Virus record (IMG/VR): IMGVR_UViG_3300029288_000084
Span: 64,001 to 128,000 of that record
DNA length: 64,000 nt
DNA from: a virus
Lineage: Duplodnaviria > Caudoviricetes
Strand: one strand, 5' to 3'
Shown here: one piece after another, positions 1 to 10,584 of the stretch
How positions within the stretch are numbered: position 1 is the stretch's first letter
Layout of the letters: every line of letters starts with the position of its first letter
Translations under genes and position numbers: made by a program
The notes under the pieces: generated by a model
The model's input: the letters and a program-made list of their open reading frames with translations, nothing else
Told to the model about the DNA's origin: nothing
Database searches by the model: none

Positions 1-1586
1 CCATTGTTTGCCTCCATGTTTATTTCTTTGACTTCGTAAGGAAAACCTTCTTTACTATAATACTTTAAACGAGCATTGTGATGTATAAATGAAAAATTAT
101 CTACTCTGTGCATTCTACCTGTTTCTTTGTTGAGTTCCATTACAGATAGATTATCAACTATATCTATAACTGTGAGTCGTTTTTTTGACTCATGAATTCT
201 TAGACCTCGACCAATAGCTTGCAACACTCTTATCTTTGATTTGCTTCCAGCAGCTGAAACAATATTGTGTAGATTTTTAATATTAATTCCAACGCCAAAA
301 ACTTGAACTGATGCAACAACGATGCAGTTAGAATCTCGTTCACAATGAGCTCTTACTTCCTCTCTTATTTGAGCAGGAGTTGAACCATCGATGTAAAAAA
401 CTTTATTTATACCTTTCGTAAGTTCAGTTATTCGATTAAATAAATACTGGCCATGTTCAATTCGAGTAAACAAAACAAGGGTATTTTGTTTCATCATAGA
501 AACTAATCTACAAACCGCTTGATTTCTTCTTATGTGACTGTAGATATATTCAATTTCTTTTTGAAAAGCTTTTTTATTATCACCCTGAGCTAACGCTAAT
601 TGACGCATTAATTGACATTCTCGTTCAGGATATTTAAATACGTAAGGAAATATTTTTATCGGTGATAAGATACCTTTTTCTATCAAAGTTTTTGTTCTTA
701 TGATTTGATAGATTTCACCTACAAGTCCATTCATTACTAAATGATGAACTGGCCAATCATCAGTTGTTCCAGTCGCACCTAAACGCCAATCAGCATTTAT
801 ACAACTTTCGGCAATTTCAATCAAGCACTTTGCTTTTCCATATTGATGAAATTCATCGAGAATAATTGCTTTGAATCTTTTGAAATAGTTTATCATAGAG
901 CCATAAACTGGCTTGATATGTATACTTTGTATAGATTGCCAAGTTGATATTGTAATTTGTTTCGAAGTGTTTTTTTCCAATCCACTCATAATAATGTGAA
1001 TTTTATCACCAATAACATTGTATTTTTCATCATAGTGAATAAAATCACTTTGCATTTGTAATACAAGAGAAGTTGTTGGAACAACAAGAAGAATCTGTTC
1101 ATCAGATTTCAAAACATGTTCCAATAAATATTTGATATAGAGATAATATGCAAAAGATTTACCAGAGCCAGTTGGTGAAATAGCAACAAGACGCTTCAAG
1201 TATAAAGCAGCTTTTAGTAGATCTTTCTGATGCTCGTAAGTTCCTTTGATATCATCAGGTGGTGTGATAGATGAAATAAAATTTTCTATTTCAGAAATAG
1301 GAATTCCTTTATTTATATCATCAAATGAATTATCAATTTCATATGTGATACCTAATTCATTTAATTTTTGGATTAATTTATCTTTTAATCCAATATACAT
1401 TCTACCAGTTTTTTTCTGATATAAGTAAATTTTACCATCCCAAACACCCGCCCTGAATTTTGGTTGATACCAACTATCAGGTAGTATGTAAGACAAAGAT
1501 TCAACAAGATTTTTTTCTATCCCTTCATCTTCAGGAATGGCTAAAAGGTAACTTTCGTTAAGTTTTGTGATTGATACGTTTGGCAT
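1..1586 (-). CDS. uvsW: UvsW-like SF2 DNA helicase (3' end truncated by window edge; absent from ORF track)
   Basis: Hand translation from ATG at 1586: MPNVSITKLNESYL...WYQPKFRAGVWDGKIYLY; Walker A ISPTGSGKS, IIDEFH, GATGT, QAIGRGLR. Confidence 0.93.
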   Translation of the reverse strand, partial: MPNVSITKLNESYLLAIPEDEGIEKNLVESLSYILPDSWYQPKFRAGVWDGKIYLYQKKTGRMYIGLKDKLIQKLNELGITYEIDNSFDDINKGIPISEIENFISSITPPDDIKGTYEHQKDLLKAALYLKRLVAISPTGSGKSFAYYLYIKYLLEHVLKSDEQILLVVPTTSLVLQMQSDFIHYDEKYNVIGDKIHIIMSGLEKNTSKQITISTWQSIQSIHIKPVYGSMINYFKRFKAIILDEFHQYGKAKCLIEIAESCINADWRLGATGTTDDWPVHHLVMNGLVGEIYQIIRTKTLIEKGILSPIKIFPYVFKYPERECQLMRQLALAQGDNKKAFQKEIEYIYSHIRRNQAVCRLVSMMKQNTLVLFTRIEHGQYLFNRITELTKGINKVFYIDGSTPAQIREEVRAHCERDSNCIVVASVQVFGVGINIKNLHNIVSAAGSKSKIRVLQAIGRGLRIHESKKRLTVIDIVDNLSVMELNKETGRMHRVDNFSFIHHNARLKYYSKEGFPYEVKEINMEANN

Positions 1587-1877
1587 TTACTTTTTCATAT
1601 TCTTCAAGTACCCTTCGACAATAAAGTACTCATCAGAAATTGGCATTGCATTTACCAAGTAGGTTGATATTAGTAAAAGTATAACGATCTCTGATTCTAT
1701 TTTTATTTATCAGCATCTTTAAATAATCCTTCTATTTTTTTTATTAAATAATAATTTAACTTTAGTATTTTCAGTATTTTCTCCTTTAATACGGGGTCCA
1801 AATAATTTTTGACATACCATAAATATTTTATGATCTAACCAAAGACGAAATTGTGAAATTATTGAATTTTCTTTCAT

Positions 1878-2159
1878 TCAATCTTCTTTATTTTGCTGAA
1901 CAGGGAATTGGATAATATTATCTTTCACTTGAGGTTTTTCTTCAGAAATTTGTAAGTATGTGTATAAAGTTTTTATAACTAAAGCTAAATCACCATCTTC
2001 TGGTTTATGTGCAATGGGCGGCATATCAGGATGTTTTGGTTTCATCAATACATAATCATAACCACTTTCACCACCAACTCCTTGGTTTCCGCCACCAAGC
2101 ATCATTATTTCAAACTCTTCTGTTTGTTCATCATTGTTAAAAATTTTTACTTTTATCAT
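1878..2159 (-). CDS. hypothetical protein
   Basis: ORF with GGAG SD, overlaps upstream stop. Confidence 0.6.
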   Translation of the reverse strand: MIKVKIFNNDEQTEEFEIMMLGGGNQGVGGESGYDYVLMKPKHPDMPPIAHKPEDGDLALVIKTLYTYLQISEEKPQVKDNIIQFPVQQNKED

Positions 2160-2359
2160 ATTTTCTCCGGTATAAAAATATTACCATTTTTTAATTCAAT
2201 TCTAGTTAATGGGCATTTTTCTTCTTCAATACAATAAATTGTTCCAATAGGATCAGGAAAAGTTTTTAACGTTAATGCACAACAATCATGTATAAGATTA
2301 CATTCTGAACCTTGTTCATAATCATCACTACGACAAGGACATTTATTGCAATTTATCAT
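2156..2359 (-). CDS. small Cys-rich protein, paralog of 39124..39336 (likely start MINCNKC)
   Basis: GGGGG SD before internal ATG; MIxCxxCxC...CN...CPLxxIxLKNG shared with 39124..39336. Confidence 0.65.
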   Translation of the reverse strand: MINCNKCPCRSDDYEQGSECNLIHDCCALTLKTFPDPIGTIYCIEEEKCPLTRIELKNGNIFIPEKI

Positions 2360-2532
2360 ATTTCCCCCTAATAATTTACCATTTAATACTCTTTTCAATA
2401 TCAGAAATTAAATTTTTCATCATTTCAATTTTATGTTTTAACATTAAAATCAATCTTCTCTTATTTAGTCGATCAAAGTTGTAACTAGTAGGTTTTAGAC
2501 TAAGTGTTTTTTGTCCCCATATTTTTTTCATA

Positions 2533-2892
2533 TTACTCTCTTATAGCAATTCTAATACATATTGCATATTGTATCTTTTTTTTATCATCCATTTTTATAG
2601 GAATTGTTCCAAGTTGATAAAATTTTATTTGTTTATTTTCAAAATAATAATTTAGCATTTTCAATATATCTGGAAAATTTTCATATATGATATATTCTTG
2701 CTGAAGTAATATATCTGTTTGATAAGAATTTGCTACCCATTCTCTTTCTCCTTCTCCTTCTGTTGGAAAAGTCATTAAACCATAATAAGTAAATCTTGGT
2801 TCTTGTTTTTGTAAATAATTATGAAAAGCTGAGATAATAGCATTTTCTGATGTTAACATTTTATTCTCCAGCGAGAAACTTGCGGAACTCAA
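2533..2892 (-). CDS. hypothetical protein
   Basis: ORF downstream of uvsY; true start probably the internal MLTSEN. Confidence 0.55.
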   Translation of the reverse strand: MSSASFSLENKMLTSENAIISAFHNYLQKQEPRFTYYGLMTFPTEGEGEREWVANSYQTDILLQQEYIIYENFPDILKMLNYYFENKQIKFYQLGTIPIKMDDKKKIQYAICIRIAIRE

Positions 2893-3262
2893 TCATATTT
2901 TTGATAGCCCATCCACGATCCCGGAAATTGCTTATTGTTTCAGAAATGAATTTTATTAAGGAAGATTGATTCGAAATTTTTTCTTTTAATTCTCGAACTT
3001 CTTCATCTCCATCTACAAATATGAGAAGCTCTTTTTGTGTATCTGGAATTAGAGAATATTTTGTTCTGTAAAACACAATTTTTTCAGCATATAGTTGTTC
3101 ATATTGTTTTTGTAATTTGTTTATTGTAGTACTTTCACCTAAAAAAATGTTGATGTATTTTTGAATGAGCAAGGGGTTTTCAGAAGCATCAAAATCTAAT
3201 TTATTATGATCAATTTTCAATTCTTTGTTGATAGCTGTTTGTAGTTCTTTAATAGTAATCAT
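2861..3262 (-). CDS. uvsY: UvsY recombination mediator
   Basis: 133 aa, C-terminal RGWAIKNMIEFRKFLAG signature, near uvsW. Confidence 0.9.
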   Translation of the reverse strand: MITIKELQTAINKELKIDHNKLDFDASENPLLIQKYINIFLGESTTINKLQKQYEQLYAEKIVFYRTKYSLIPDTQKELLIFVDGDEEVRELKEKISNQSSLIKFISETISNFRDRGWAIKNMIEFRKFLAGE

Positions 3263-3276
3263 GTAACCTCAAATCA

Positions 3277-3307
3277 ATTATAATATATTTAAGAAGTTAA
3301 TTTAGTA
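3277..3307 (-). promoter_or_regulatory. TACTAAA-N18-TATAAT promoter motif (copy 1)
   Basis: Exact motif and spacing seen six times; upstream of uvsY. Confidence 0.75.
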
Positions 3308-3309
3308 AA

Positions 3310-4038
3310 TTAGCCACAAATAATATCGATTGGAAGCCTATGTGTATCTTGAAGCTCTTTTTCTAAAGCTTCTCTATCCTTTTCACCCTTGCTTCTAATT
3401 CCTTCAGCATTCAATGTTGACCCACCGGGTAAAGGAACCCCAGAATATTTGCACAAATTATCACCCCATTGTTCTCTAAAACAAGCGACCACATATTTTT
3501 TCAACCAATCGTTGTTATAAATATCAGGGAAATCATACGGATCATTCATTTTATAAACACGTAAAGCTAAAGTTTTTGACTCAACTGGTGCAGGAATAAA
3601 TTGAATTTGATGTGTTGTTGTATTGAAATTATAACCAGTTTCTTGACGAAATTTAATATCAATCATTTTCATCTTTTCAGCAAGTAATTCAAAACCAATC
3701 AAATCAATGTCACCAATCCATCGTCTTTCATTTAAGAATTCCCATTGAATAGAAAACGTTGGTTCGGACAATACTTCCTGAGTTACTTCAATCATATAAG
3801 GAATTGCTAAAATATCATCATCAAGGGTGTATTTATCAAGAGCTGCTGTGACTGCTAATAGTGAATATGTTAAACTTACACCTTCATCATGATATTTACA
3901 AAACATCTGAAGAGCATCATCAATTAAATCTGTTTGCTGTTCTGGCGTTATTTCAATATTTATAACACCATCACCTAGCTTACGAAGGGCATATGTTTTT
4001 AACCCTGCAAGCGTAGTTATTTTGTTAATACCCTTCAT
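3310..4038 (-). CDS. gp13: neck protein gp13-like
   Basis: LKTYALRKLG..VINIEIT.EQ..D.I..AL; WLKKY..A..REQWG.NL.KYSGVPLPGG. Confidence 0.9.
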   Translation of the reverse strand: MKGINKITTLAGLKTYALRKLGDGVINIEITPEQQTDLIDDALQMFCKYHDEGVSLTYSLLAVTAALDKYTLDDDILAIPYMIEVTQEVLSEPTFSIQWEFLNERRWIGDIDLIGFELLAEKMKMIDIKFRQETGYNFNTTTHQIQFIPAPVESKTLALRVYKMNDPYDFPDIYNNDWLKKYVVACFREQWGDNLCKYSGVPLPGGSTLNAEGIRSKGEKDREALEKELQDTHRLPIDIICG

Positions 4039-4385
4039 TATACTTTTTTAGCGTTTTTAGTTACTAAATTTTCTTTTGTACCTAATCCACTTAATGCTTC
4101 TTGTGAACCATCGATGATAGCATTTAGAATTTCTTTTGCTTTGGTAAAATCAACTGAAGCACCTAAATCTTTAGCCTTTAAAACATTTTCATTTACTTTG
4201 TTAAGACCGCTTTTAATTGTGGCATTGCAGGCAGCTACCTTGTTTTCATTCTCCCTCTTCATCTCAGGAGTTGCAGCATTTTTACCAGATTCATCACCGG
4301 TTAGGTTTCTAGGTTCACCAGTAACCTTTTGCCCCTTAATTCCCTTTTCTGTTTCTTCTTTTAAAAATTCTTTGAAGTTAATCAT
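4038..4385 (-). CDS. putative internal head protein (CTS-like leader MINFKEFLKEE)
   Basis: Leader resembles the T4 internal-protein capsid targeting sequence; charged body. Confidence 0.65.
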   Translation of the reverse strand: MINFKEFLKEETEKGIKGQKVTGEPRNLTGDESGKNAATPEMKRENENKVAACNATIKSGLNKVNENVLKAKDLGASVDFTKAKEILNAIIDGSQEALSGLGTKENLVTKNAKKV

Positions 4386-4764
4386 TTTTAATCTCCTTTA
4401 TTTTCTCTTCATATTTTTTTGTCAAACTTTTTACAAGCATTGTTTTGGATCTTTTTGGTTTATTACTGCCTTCAATCTCTTTAATTGCAATATTTAACTC
4501 ATCTGTTAATTTTGTAATCAGAGTTTCATTATTTTCTTCTAAGAGATTTGAATAATCATTTTCTTTAATAGATTCTACTTTTTCAGGAACTGTTTCTGGT
4601 ACTTGAATTACAGGTATAATTCCAGGCAGTAACTTTAACATCGTAGGAAATTTATTCTCTAGTCCATCAGGAAGATTTATATTTTTACCTACAATGATAC
4701 GATAAGACATTTTATCATCGTTTAACAACCATTCGTAACTTACTTTGTTCCAATAATTTGCCAC
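4378..4764 (-). CDS. late protein sharing its N-terminal domain with the multi-glycosyltransferase at 31616..34072
   Basis: 24/44 ungapped identities between the two N-termini. Confidence 0.7.
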   Translation of the reverse strand: MANYWNKVSYEWLLNDDKMSYRIIVGKNINLPDGLENKFPTMLKLLPGIIPVIQVPETVPEKVESIKENDYSNLLEENNETLITKLTDELNIAIKEIEGSNKPKRSKTMLVKSLTKKYEEKIKEIKND

Positions 4765-4765
4765 A

Positions 4766-4993
4766 TTACCCCCTAAAATCGATATTTAGATCACCAAAAA
4801 ATTTTTTGAAACTATTTATAATCTCGCCATTTTTCATTCCGCCACAACGAAAATAGTCAGTAGTAAAATTGATAGAAACTCCTCCTTTATCCCTTTTAAT
4901 TGCTAATCGAGCATCAGAATCTTTATCTATAGTTACCCTTTCTATTGTTGGGTCAATCACACCTTCTTTTAACAACTCACTAAACTTTTCCAT
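4766..4993 (-). CDS. putative internal head protein (MEKFSELLKE)
   Basis: CTS-like leader, AGGAG SD, TATAAATA upstream. Confidence 0.65.
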   Translation of the reverse strand: MEKFSELLKEGVIDPTIERVTIDKDSDARLAIKRDKGGVSINFTTDYFRCGGMKNGEIINSFKKFFGDLNIDFRG

Positions 4994-5009
4994 TTATTTC
5001 TCCTTAATG

Positions 5010-5017
5010 TATTTATA
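5010..5017 (-). promoter_or_regulatory. T4-type late promoter TATAAATA
   Basis: Intergenic exact match; others at 7206, 10396, 16912, 23878, 37528, 46974, 54412, 59856, 62633. Confidence 0.75.
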
Positions 5018-5022
5018 AAACC

Positions 5023-5565
5023 TTATGTTGGTTCAACAGTTAAATCAAAACTATCAAATGAAAAAGAACAGTCACATGTTAAAATATCAGATCCAGCTTT
5101 AACTGAAAAGGATATTCCGCCAATAGAAACAGGGAAACAATCTATAAATCTAAAAACAACCTGATCATTTTTCTTATTAGTCAAAATATGAAGCTCACAA
5201 TCAGATTTTACCGAATTTACAAATGTGCTTATTTTTTCCATCTGTTGTTGTGCTGATAATTGCATAACGTCTGGAAGTACTTGTAATTCTTTTGTATATA
5301 ACATCCACTTATACAATTGTCTGTAATTTGATAATGTTTCATCTATTATGAATGTTACCCGGAGATCAGAAAATGATAAAGAGGATCCAATGTGTTTAAA
5401 TTCATAAAACGGTGTATGAATTCCAAATTTTCCAATTGATATATCAGGTGTTCCTACGTCTACAATAGAATAAGAAACCTCAGGGAATTTTTCAATTACA
5501 AAATAATGATTTTGCCCCGATAATTGGGCATTTAGATTTGAAGAAGAATTAATTAATTGACTCAT
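5023..5565 (-). CDS. gp3: tail completion / tube terminator gp3-like
   Basis: Tube-fold pattern: FSDLRVTFIIDE.L.NY..LY.WM, LHILTN, F.DCFPVSIGGISF. Confidence 0.8.
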   Translation of the reverse strand: MSQLINSSSNLNAQLSGQNHYFVIEKFPEVSYSIVDVGTPDISIGKFGIHTPFYEFKHIGSSLSFSDLRVTFIIDETLSNYRQLYKWMLYTKELQVLPDVMQLSAQQQMEKISTFVNSVKSDCELHILTNKKNDQVVFRFIDCFPVSIGGISFSVKAGSDILTCDCSFSFDSFDLTVEPT

Positions 5566-7190
5566 ACTTCTTCATCTTTTGGTTGAGGTTCTTTTTTCTT
5601 TGGTGGAACGGAATCCTCTTTTTTGGGTGGAAATTGACCACTTCCTCCAGAACTGCCACCAGCTCCCTCATTACCCAAATCAGGATTCAAAGCTGCCTCT
5701 TCTTTTGCTTTTTCTTCTCGGACTTTTTTACATTCTTCCTTTTTCTTCTTCCATTCTTCTTCTGTGTATTTCAAAATCTTGATTGCTATATCATCATCTG
5801 TGTAGTAAACGCCAACAAAATCTCTCATCTTGCTAGCAAGATCGAGTCTATTGTTAAGCATTTCAGATTCTTTAATTTCTTCATAGTAATTATCATTTGT
5901 GTAAATATAACGGAATTTTTTCTTTATTTTGTCTAAAGTTTCTTTCGTTAATTTACCTTTAAATAGTAATTGTCTGTAAAGAAGTTCTGTAAATAAGGTT
6001 GAAAATTGTTTTCGAAGTTTATTTATGAACTTCATAAACTTAACTTCATCTCTCTCAATTTGGGTACTTCTTCCACTATCAAAGAGTGCCTTTTCCTTTG
6101 TTTCACGTCTTGACTCAGGTACTTTTAATGCTTTGTAAACCTTCAATACAAAGTAATAAAGATCATCTAATTCCCCAAGATTTGATCCACCTGCTAATGT
6201 TGAAATCGAAGATCCTTGGCCGTTGGTACTTTTACCAACGTAAAAATCCTCAATCATAGCCATTGTATTTTTTGTATTTGTAACTTGGCCAGTAGCAGAA
6301 TCATAAACAATTCTGTTTTGGAATTTGTGAATCAGACTCTTAATGTATTCTTCTGCTTTGGGTTTTGATAAATTGCCAGTATCAATTGAAAATACTCTTT
6401 TTTCAGGTGCTCTTACAATTCGATAAATTACAATAGCATCTTCTATCAATCTTAAGTTGTTTATTGCCTTTAAAGCTTTGTGTAGATATGAGACTTCAAG
6501 TCCAGTAACTCTATCAGTTCTAGCACTGCCAATATGAACAACTAGATCAGGTGAAACTTTCCATCTTAATTGTTTTTGTGGATCTGTGTAAATCCAATAT
6601 GTTTCTTTTTCTTTGATCTTAAATTCTTGTCTATCCTTTTGCTCTAATATCTTTTTAACATTTAATGGATCGAGTCTGTTTATTTTTAGAATGCCATTAC
6701 TTGTATTTTTTTTGCCAACTACTACTTCTAAATCTAATCTCCCATCTATATACCAAGTTTCAAAGTAATCTTGACCTTTTTGATTGAAAGATAAAAGATC
6801 TAAAATATTATCAAATTCTTCTTCTATTTCTTTTTTGATAGTATCAGCTAAATCTTTTTTGTCAATTCCAGATAAGTCAAGTTTAACTGAAACATCTTCA
6901 GAATCATTTATTACAGACTCATTTACAATTTCATCAATTGCTTCACCAACCTCTGGATAATTTGAAATTAATCTCCACGTACGTGTGTATGATTCCAATT
7001 GTTGTGAATTTTTTTCAACGGTAGCATCTGCTGATGTATTATATTCAAATGTAATCTGATACATTCCACCAGGCAGTTCATTTGAAAATTCAGTTGTCTG
7101 GCTTCTTTCAATTTCAGTTGTTGGTTTATCAACAAAAATTTCTTTAGCAGGTGCTACACTCTTGCCCAACCAATCTTCTAGTAAATTCAT
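5562..7190 (-). CDS. gp20: portal protein
   Basis: WYIDGR, SYLHKALK..NNLRLIEDAIVIYRIVRAPEKRVF.IDTGNL, RDEVKF.KFI..LR. Confidence 0.97.
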   Translation of the reverse strand: MNLLEDWLGKSVAPAKEIFVDKPTTEIERSQTTEFSNELPGGMYQITFEYNTSADATVEKNSQQLESYTRTWRLISNYPEVGEAIDEIVNESVINDSEDVSVKLDLSGIDKKDLADTIKKEIEEEFDNILDLLSFNQKGQDYFETWYIDGRLDLEVVVGKKNTSNGILKINRLDPLNVKKILEQKDRQEFKIKEKETYWIYTDPQKQLRWKVSPDLVVHIGSARTDRVTGLEVSYLHKALKAINNLRLIEDAIVIYRIVRAPEKRVFSIDTGNLSKPKAEEYIKSLIHKFQNRIVYDSATGQVTNTKNTMAMIEDFYVGKSTNGQGSSISTLAGGSNLGELDDLYYFVLKVYKALKVPESRRETKEKALFDSGRSTQIERDEVKFMKFINKLRKQFSTLFTELLYRQLLFKGKLTKETLDKIKKKFRYIYTNDNYYEEIKESEMLNNRLDLASKMRDFVGVYYTDDDIAIKILKYTEEEWKKKKEECKKVREEKAKEEAALNPDLGNEGAGGSSGGSGQFPPKKEDSVPPKKKEPQPKDEEV

Positions 7191-7205
7191 ATTTTCTCCA
7201 CTACA

Positions 7206-7213
7206 TATTTATA
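7206..7213 (-). promoter_or_regulatory. late promoter TATAAATA
   Basis: Immediately upstream of portal SD. Confidence 0.75.
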
Positions 7214-7218
7214 AGACA

Positions 7219-7875
7219 TTAAATTCTTTTCCTTGTAAATTTTTTCTTAGCTTCATTTTTTAATTTTCTAACCCTTTCTTTTTCTAACCTAATACTTTTT
7301 TGTATATTAGATTCTCGTTTAGGTGGTTGAATTCGATTTTTAACACGATGAAGAGATTGTAATTGATATTTCGTATCCTCGTAGGCCGTTTGAGCAGTAG
7401 CATCAATCCATTGTGCTCCTTCTGTTGTCATAGCATTGTACCATTCACGCCAATGTAATTCTACAAGATTGGATTTTATTCTTGATCTAATATATTTTCG
7501 GATAATTACCATGCCCTCTCTATACCATAAATTTGCTGCGTTCTTAATTTCATAATATGGTACGTGAGCTGGCAATTCTTTTTTGAGTAATTTGTAATTT
7601 TTAAGGATAATTTTCTTGATAAAATATTCTCTAGTTAATCTAGGAAGATAATGAAATGCTAAACCTAAAATATATTTTGAATCTACAGAAAGAACTAAAA
7701 TAATAGGAAAGGCATCATAGTATGCTAATTTACCTTCTTCATACATCTTACTATCATAATTGAAAAAATATATTTTTCCGGGGATGATATTTTTTGATCG
7801 ACCAGTTCTTAAGTTTTTTTCAGTGTATTTTTTCCAAAAATTTCTTTGTGCCTGCGTTATATTCAAATATGCCAT
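7219..7875 (-). CDS. gp2: DNA end protector protein
   Basis: PGKIYFFNYD.K...L.YYD.FP, GL.FHYLP motifs. Confidence 0.88.
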   Translation of the reverse strand: MAYLNITQAQRNFWKKYTEKNLRTGRSKNIIPGKIYFFNYDSKMYEEGKLAYYDAFPIILVLSVDSKYILGLAFHYLPRLTREYFIKKIILKNYKLLKKELPAHVPYYEIKNAANLWYREGMVIIRKYIRSRIKSNLVELHWREWYNAMTTEGAQWIDATAQTAYEDTKYQLQSLHRVKNRIQPPKRESNIQKSIRLEKERVRKLKNEAKKKFTRKRI

Positions 7876-10379
7876 TATGTGATTCCGTTATTGTTGTTTT
7901 TTCTCGTATATGGATCATCTAAATAAAAGCGATAATCAGGTTGTTGAATTACATTTGTTTGTGATATAATAGTTGGGCTTGCCTGTTGTTGATTTGGTTT
8001 TGTTGGTGTGGGGGTTGGGATATCTGTTACTGAAGCTAAAGTTGGTTGTGGCTTCCTAGCATTCTGTACATGCCAAGGTTCATTTTTTACTGGAGTATCT
8101 AAACCGGCCGATTCCATAAGTCCTAATCTCTTTGCTGTATTGATTTGTCGACTTTGTGCATCAAATGCTTTTGCTCCCTCGCCTCTATCTACGTGAGGAG
8201 ATCTATCTGGGGATGCAGCAAATTTATTTACTTTCTTTAACGCAGCTTGTTCAGCATATGTTCTAGCACCCGAATTTACTTGTAATTTTTCACCCGTTTC
8301 TTCTTTGTAATCAGTAGAAAGTTGAGCAAGATTTCCTTTAAGTCTGGGTTCTAAATTTTGAATATCAACATTTGGATTAGCTAGTGTTACATTATCTAAA
8401 GAAGTAGGAGATTCAGTAGCAGATGGGAGAATTATATTTTCGGTAGGTGCTTGAGGCATAGGTAAAGAAGGTGCATTTGCTTTGGGTATAGTTGGCATTG
8501 TAATAGATGCTTGCACTTGAGGAATTCCGCTTCTTTTCACTACTAAAAATTTCAACCACTTGTCTTGAAGATTCTTACCAGCTCGTCCAGTTCTAACTTT
8601 AGAGATCAGTCCATTTACTTGATCTTGTCTATTTTCATAATCAATATCTTTTGACAAACTTTCTTCTTGAGATCTTGTTATACCGTTTTGTTTTGCAAAT
8701 TCATTCCACAATCTTTGTCGTTCAGCAGATTTAGCTTTATTAACTCCTGTTGAGCCAACAATAGAAGCCATTTCTTGATCTTCAACACCCTGTTGCTTTT
8801 TCCATAAATGATTTAGAGTTAATCCCAAAGCCGCAATTGGTGCACCAAGAACTAAACCACCCCCAATACCAGCAGCTACGCCACCAACACCTGCATAACC
8901 AGAACCTGCTGCTGTAGCTGATGGTAACATTCCTTTTCCAAGATTTTTTCCTAATCCTAAAACTTTACTTAGTAAACTAGCCTTTCCAACTGTATCTAAA
9001 AGAGATGATCCCTTGCCTTCTTTATCAAGTGCAGCCTTTCTTTTACCAATACCTTGACTTTCCATGTAAGATTCAACATAATCGTGAATATCCATCAACC
9101 AAAAATCCCTATCTTCTACCTTGCGTTCTGAATAAACTCCATCCCAATTTTTTTTATAATCAACAAAATTATCCTTAAAATCTTCAACTAGTTTGTAAAA
9201 TTCTCCACCAGGGAGTAATGTACTAAAGAAATTTGACATAGCTTCTTCTTCGACAGGACTCATTTCTGTTGATGGCATTACAGAAGCAGTATAAAGAGGT
9301 CTTTCACCTCTAGCTGCTCCAAAATCTTCTGGCAATCCCAAACTTCCAGATTCTAATCCAAGTTCATCTTCTACACCAGCAGAGCTTGCCCTAATATCTT
9401 CCATCAAGGACTTTTCAAATTCGTCAGGTTCTTCAGCAGGTTCAACAACAGCTCGCTTTCTGTTTACAGATTCTATAAAGTTCTTTCTTCCTTCGGGGCT
9501 TTTTAATTCGCCAACTTTTTGCTCCATTTCAGTTAAAATAGGAGCCCATTTCTTTGGGTCATCTTTATTTTGTTCAAGGCGAAGAGTATATTCATTTTCC
9601 AATCTTTGTATTTCTTCATCTACTAACTGAGTTTTTGCTTTTTCAGATAATTTTTCAATCTTCTTTTTTTGATCGGGTTTTAATTTTTGACTTGATTTTT
9701 TTAACATCTCTGTATCAAATTCGTCCCCAACCTGATCTTTTGTTTTTCCTGAATACTTCTTTTTCTTTTCACTATAATATCTTTCTTTAGATTGATCATA
9801 TAATTTATCTTTCATTATACCTTGCATCAATTCTTTTTGTTGTAGAATTCTATGGGATTTAGCTTCTTCTTTCTGTTCCTTTCTTGCTTGTAACCACTGA
9901 GCTCCAATTATTAATGCAGGAGAATCAATTAAGACACCAGCTACACTAGCCATTGTAGCATATTTTCTTGACCCAGTAAATTGCTTTTTAATTTTACCTT
10001 TTACTGTTTGTTCAGGTGTTATAAGTTTTCCTGATTTTTTCTTTATTACACCTTTTCTTTGTTTAAATTCTTTCAATGCATTTGTATTCATAACAGTCAA
10101 CATATCATTTAGACTTTTGTATTCAACGTTTGTTAGTTGACCATTTGTATTTAATGCAGTAATTACTTTTCTGATATTTCGAATTGATTCCAAATTTTCT
10201 TGTGCATCTTCAGCTGTATTTGAAAGTATAATAGAATCAGCTAAATCATTCATTGAATCGGCAAGCGCGTATGCACCAGAAGAAAAATCATCTGGGTCTA
10301 CACGTTTTTTAGAAATGAGATTGAGTTTATTCCTCATTGATTTTTCAAATTCAGCTAATTTATTATTTTTATTGATCAT
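7875..10379 (-). CDS. tape measure / baseplate hub-like protein with C-terminal M15-type peptidase domain
   Basis: Long helical and Gly/Ala-rich protein after gp26/51; NSGART.AEQ..L, SPH, AFD, EPWH motifs. Confidence 0.7.
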   Translation of the reverse strand: MINKNNKLAEFEKSMRNKLNLISKKRVDPDDFSSGAYALADSMNDLADSIILSNTAEDAQENLESIRNIRKVITALNTNGQLTNVEYKSLNDMLTVMNTNALKEFKQRKGVIKKKSGKLITPEQTVKGKIKKQFTGSRKYATMASVAGVLIDSPALIIGAQWLQARKEQKEEAKSHRILQQKELMQGIMKDKLYDQSKERYYSEKKKKYSGKTKDQVGDEFDTEMLKKSSQKLKPDQKKKIEKLSEKAKTQLVDEEIQRLENEYTLRLEQNKDDPKKWAPILTEMEQKVGELKSPEGRKNFIESVNRKRAVVEPAEEPDEFEKSLMEDIRASSAGVEDELGLESGSLGLPEDFGAARGERPLYTASVMPSTEMSPVEEEAMSNFFSTLLPGGEFYKLVEDFKDNFVDYKKNWDGVYSERKVEDRDFWLMDIHDYVESYMESQGIGKRKAALDKEGKGSSLLDTVGKASLLSKVLGLGKNLGKGMLPSATAAGSGYAGVGGVAAGIGGGLVLGAPIAALGLTLNHLWKKQQGVEDQEMASIVGSTGVNKAKSAERQRLWNEFAKQNGITRSQEESLSKDIDYENRQDQVNGLISKVRTGRAGKNLQDKWLKFLVVKRSGIPQVQASITMPTIPKANAPSLPMPQAPTENIILPSATESPTSLDNVTLANPNVDIQNLEPRLKGNLAQLSTDYKEETGEKLQVNSGARTYAEQAALKKVNKFAASPDRSPHVDRGEGAKAFDAQSRQINTAKRLGLMESAGLDTPVKNEPWHVQNARKPQPTLASVTDIPTPTPTKPNQQQASPTIISQTNVIQQPDYRFYLDDPYTRKNNNNGIT

Positions 10380-10398
10380 TTAAATCCTCATTAAATAT

Positions 10399-10584
10399 TT
10401 ATAATGGAGGACCTTTTTTAGCCTTTTTCTTTTTAAGATATTCGATAGTTATCCCCTTCCAAATATCTCTTTCATATACCGTCATACCATTTATGTCAGC
10501 TAATGAAAATAATTTGCTTCTAGATAAAAGATCAAAATTCGTTTTAAAATAGTCTATTACGGAAGTATAATCAACTACAAGTCT
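10399..10584 (-). CDS. gp51: gp51-like baseplate hub assembly segment; no proper start, probably made by -1 frameshift from gp26
   Basis: Hand translation RLVVDYTSVIDYFKTNFDLLSRSKLFSLADINGMTVYERDIWKGITIEYLKKKKAKKGPPL* matches the gp51 pattern (Y..NF.L....S...I..M..YER.I). Confidence 0.72.
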   Translation of the reverse strand, partial: RLVVDYTSVIDYFKTNFDLLSRSKLFSLADINGMTVYERDIWKGITIEYLKKKKAKKGPPL

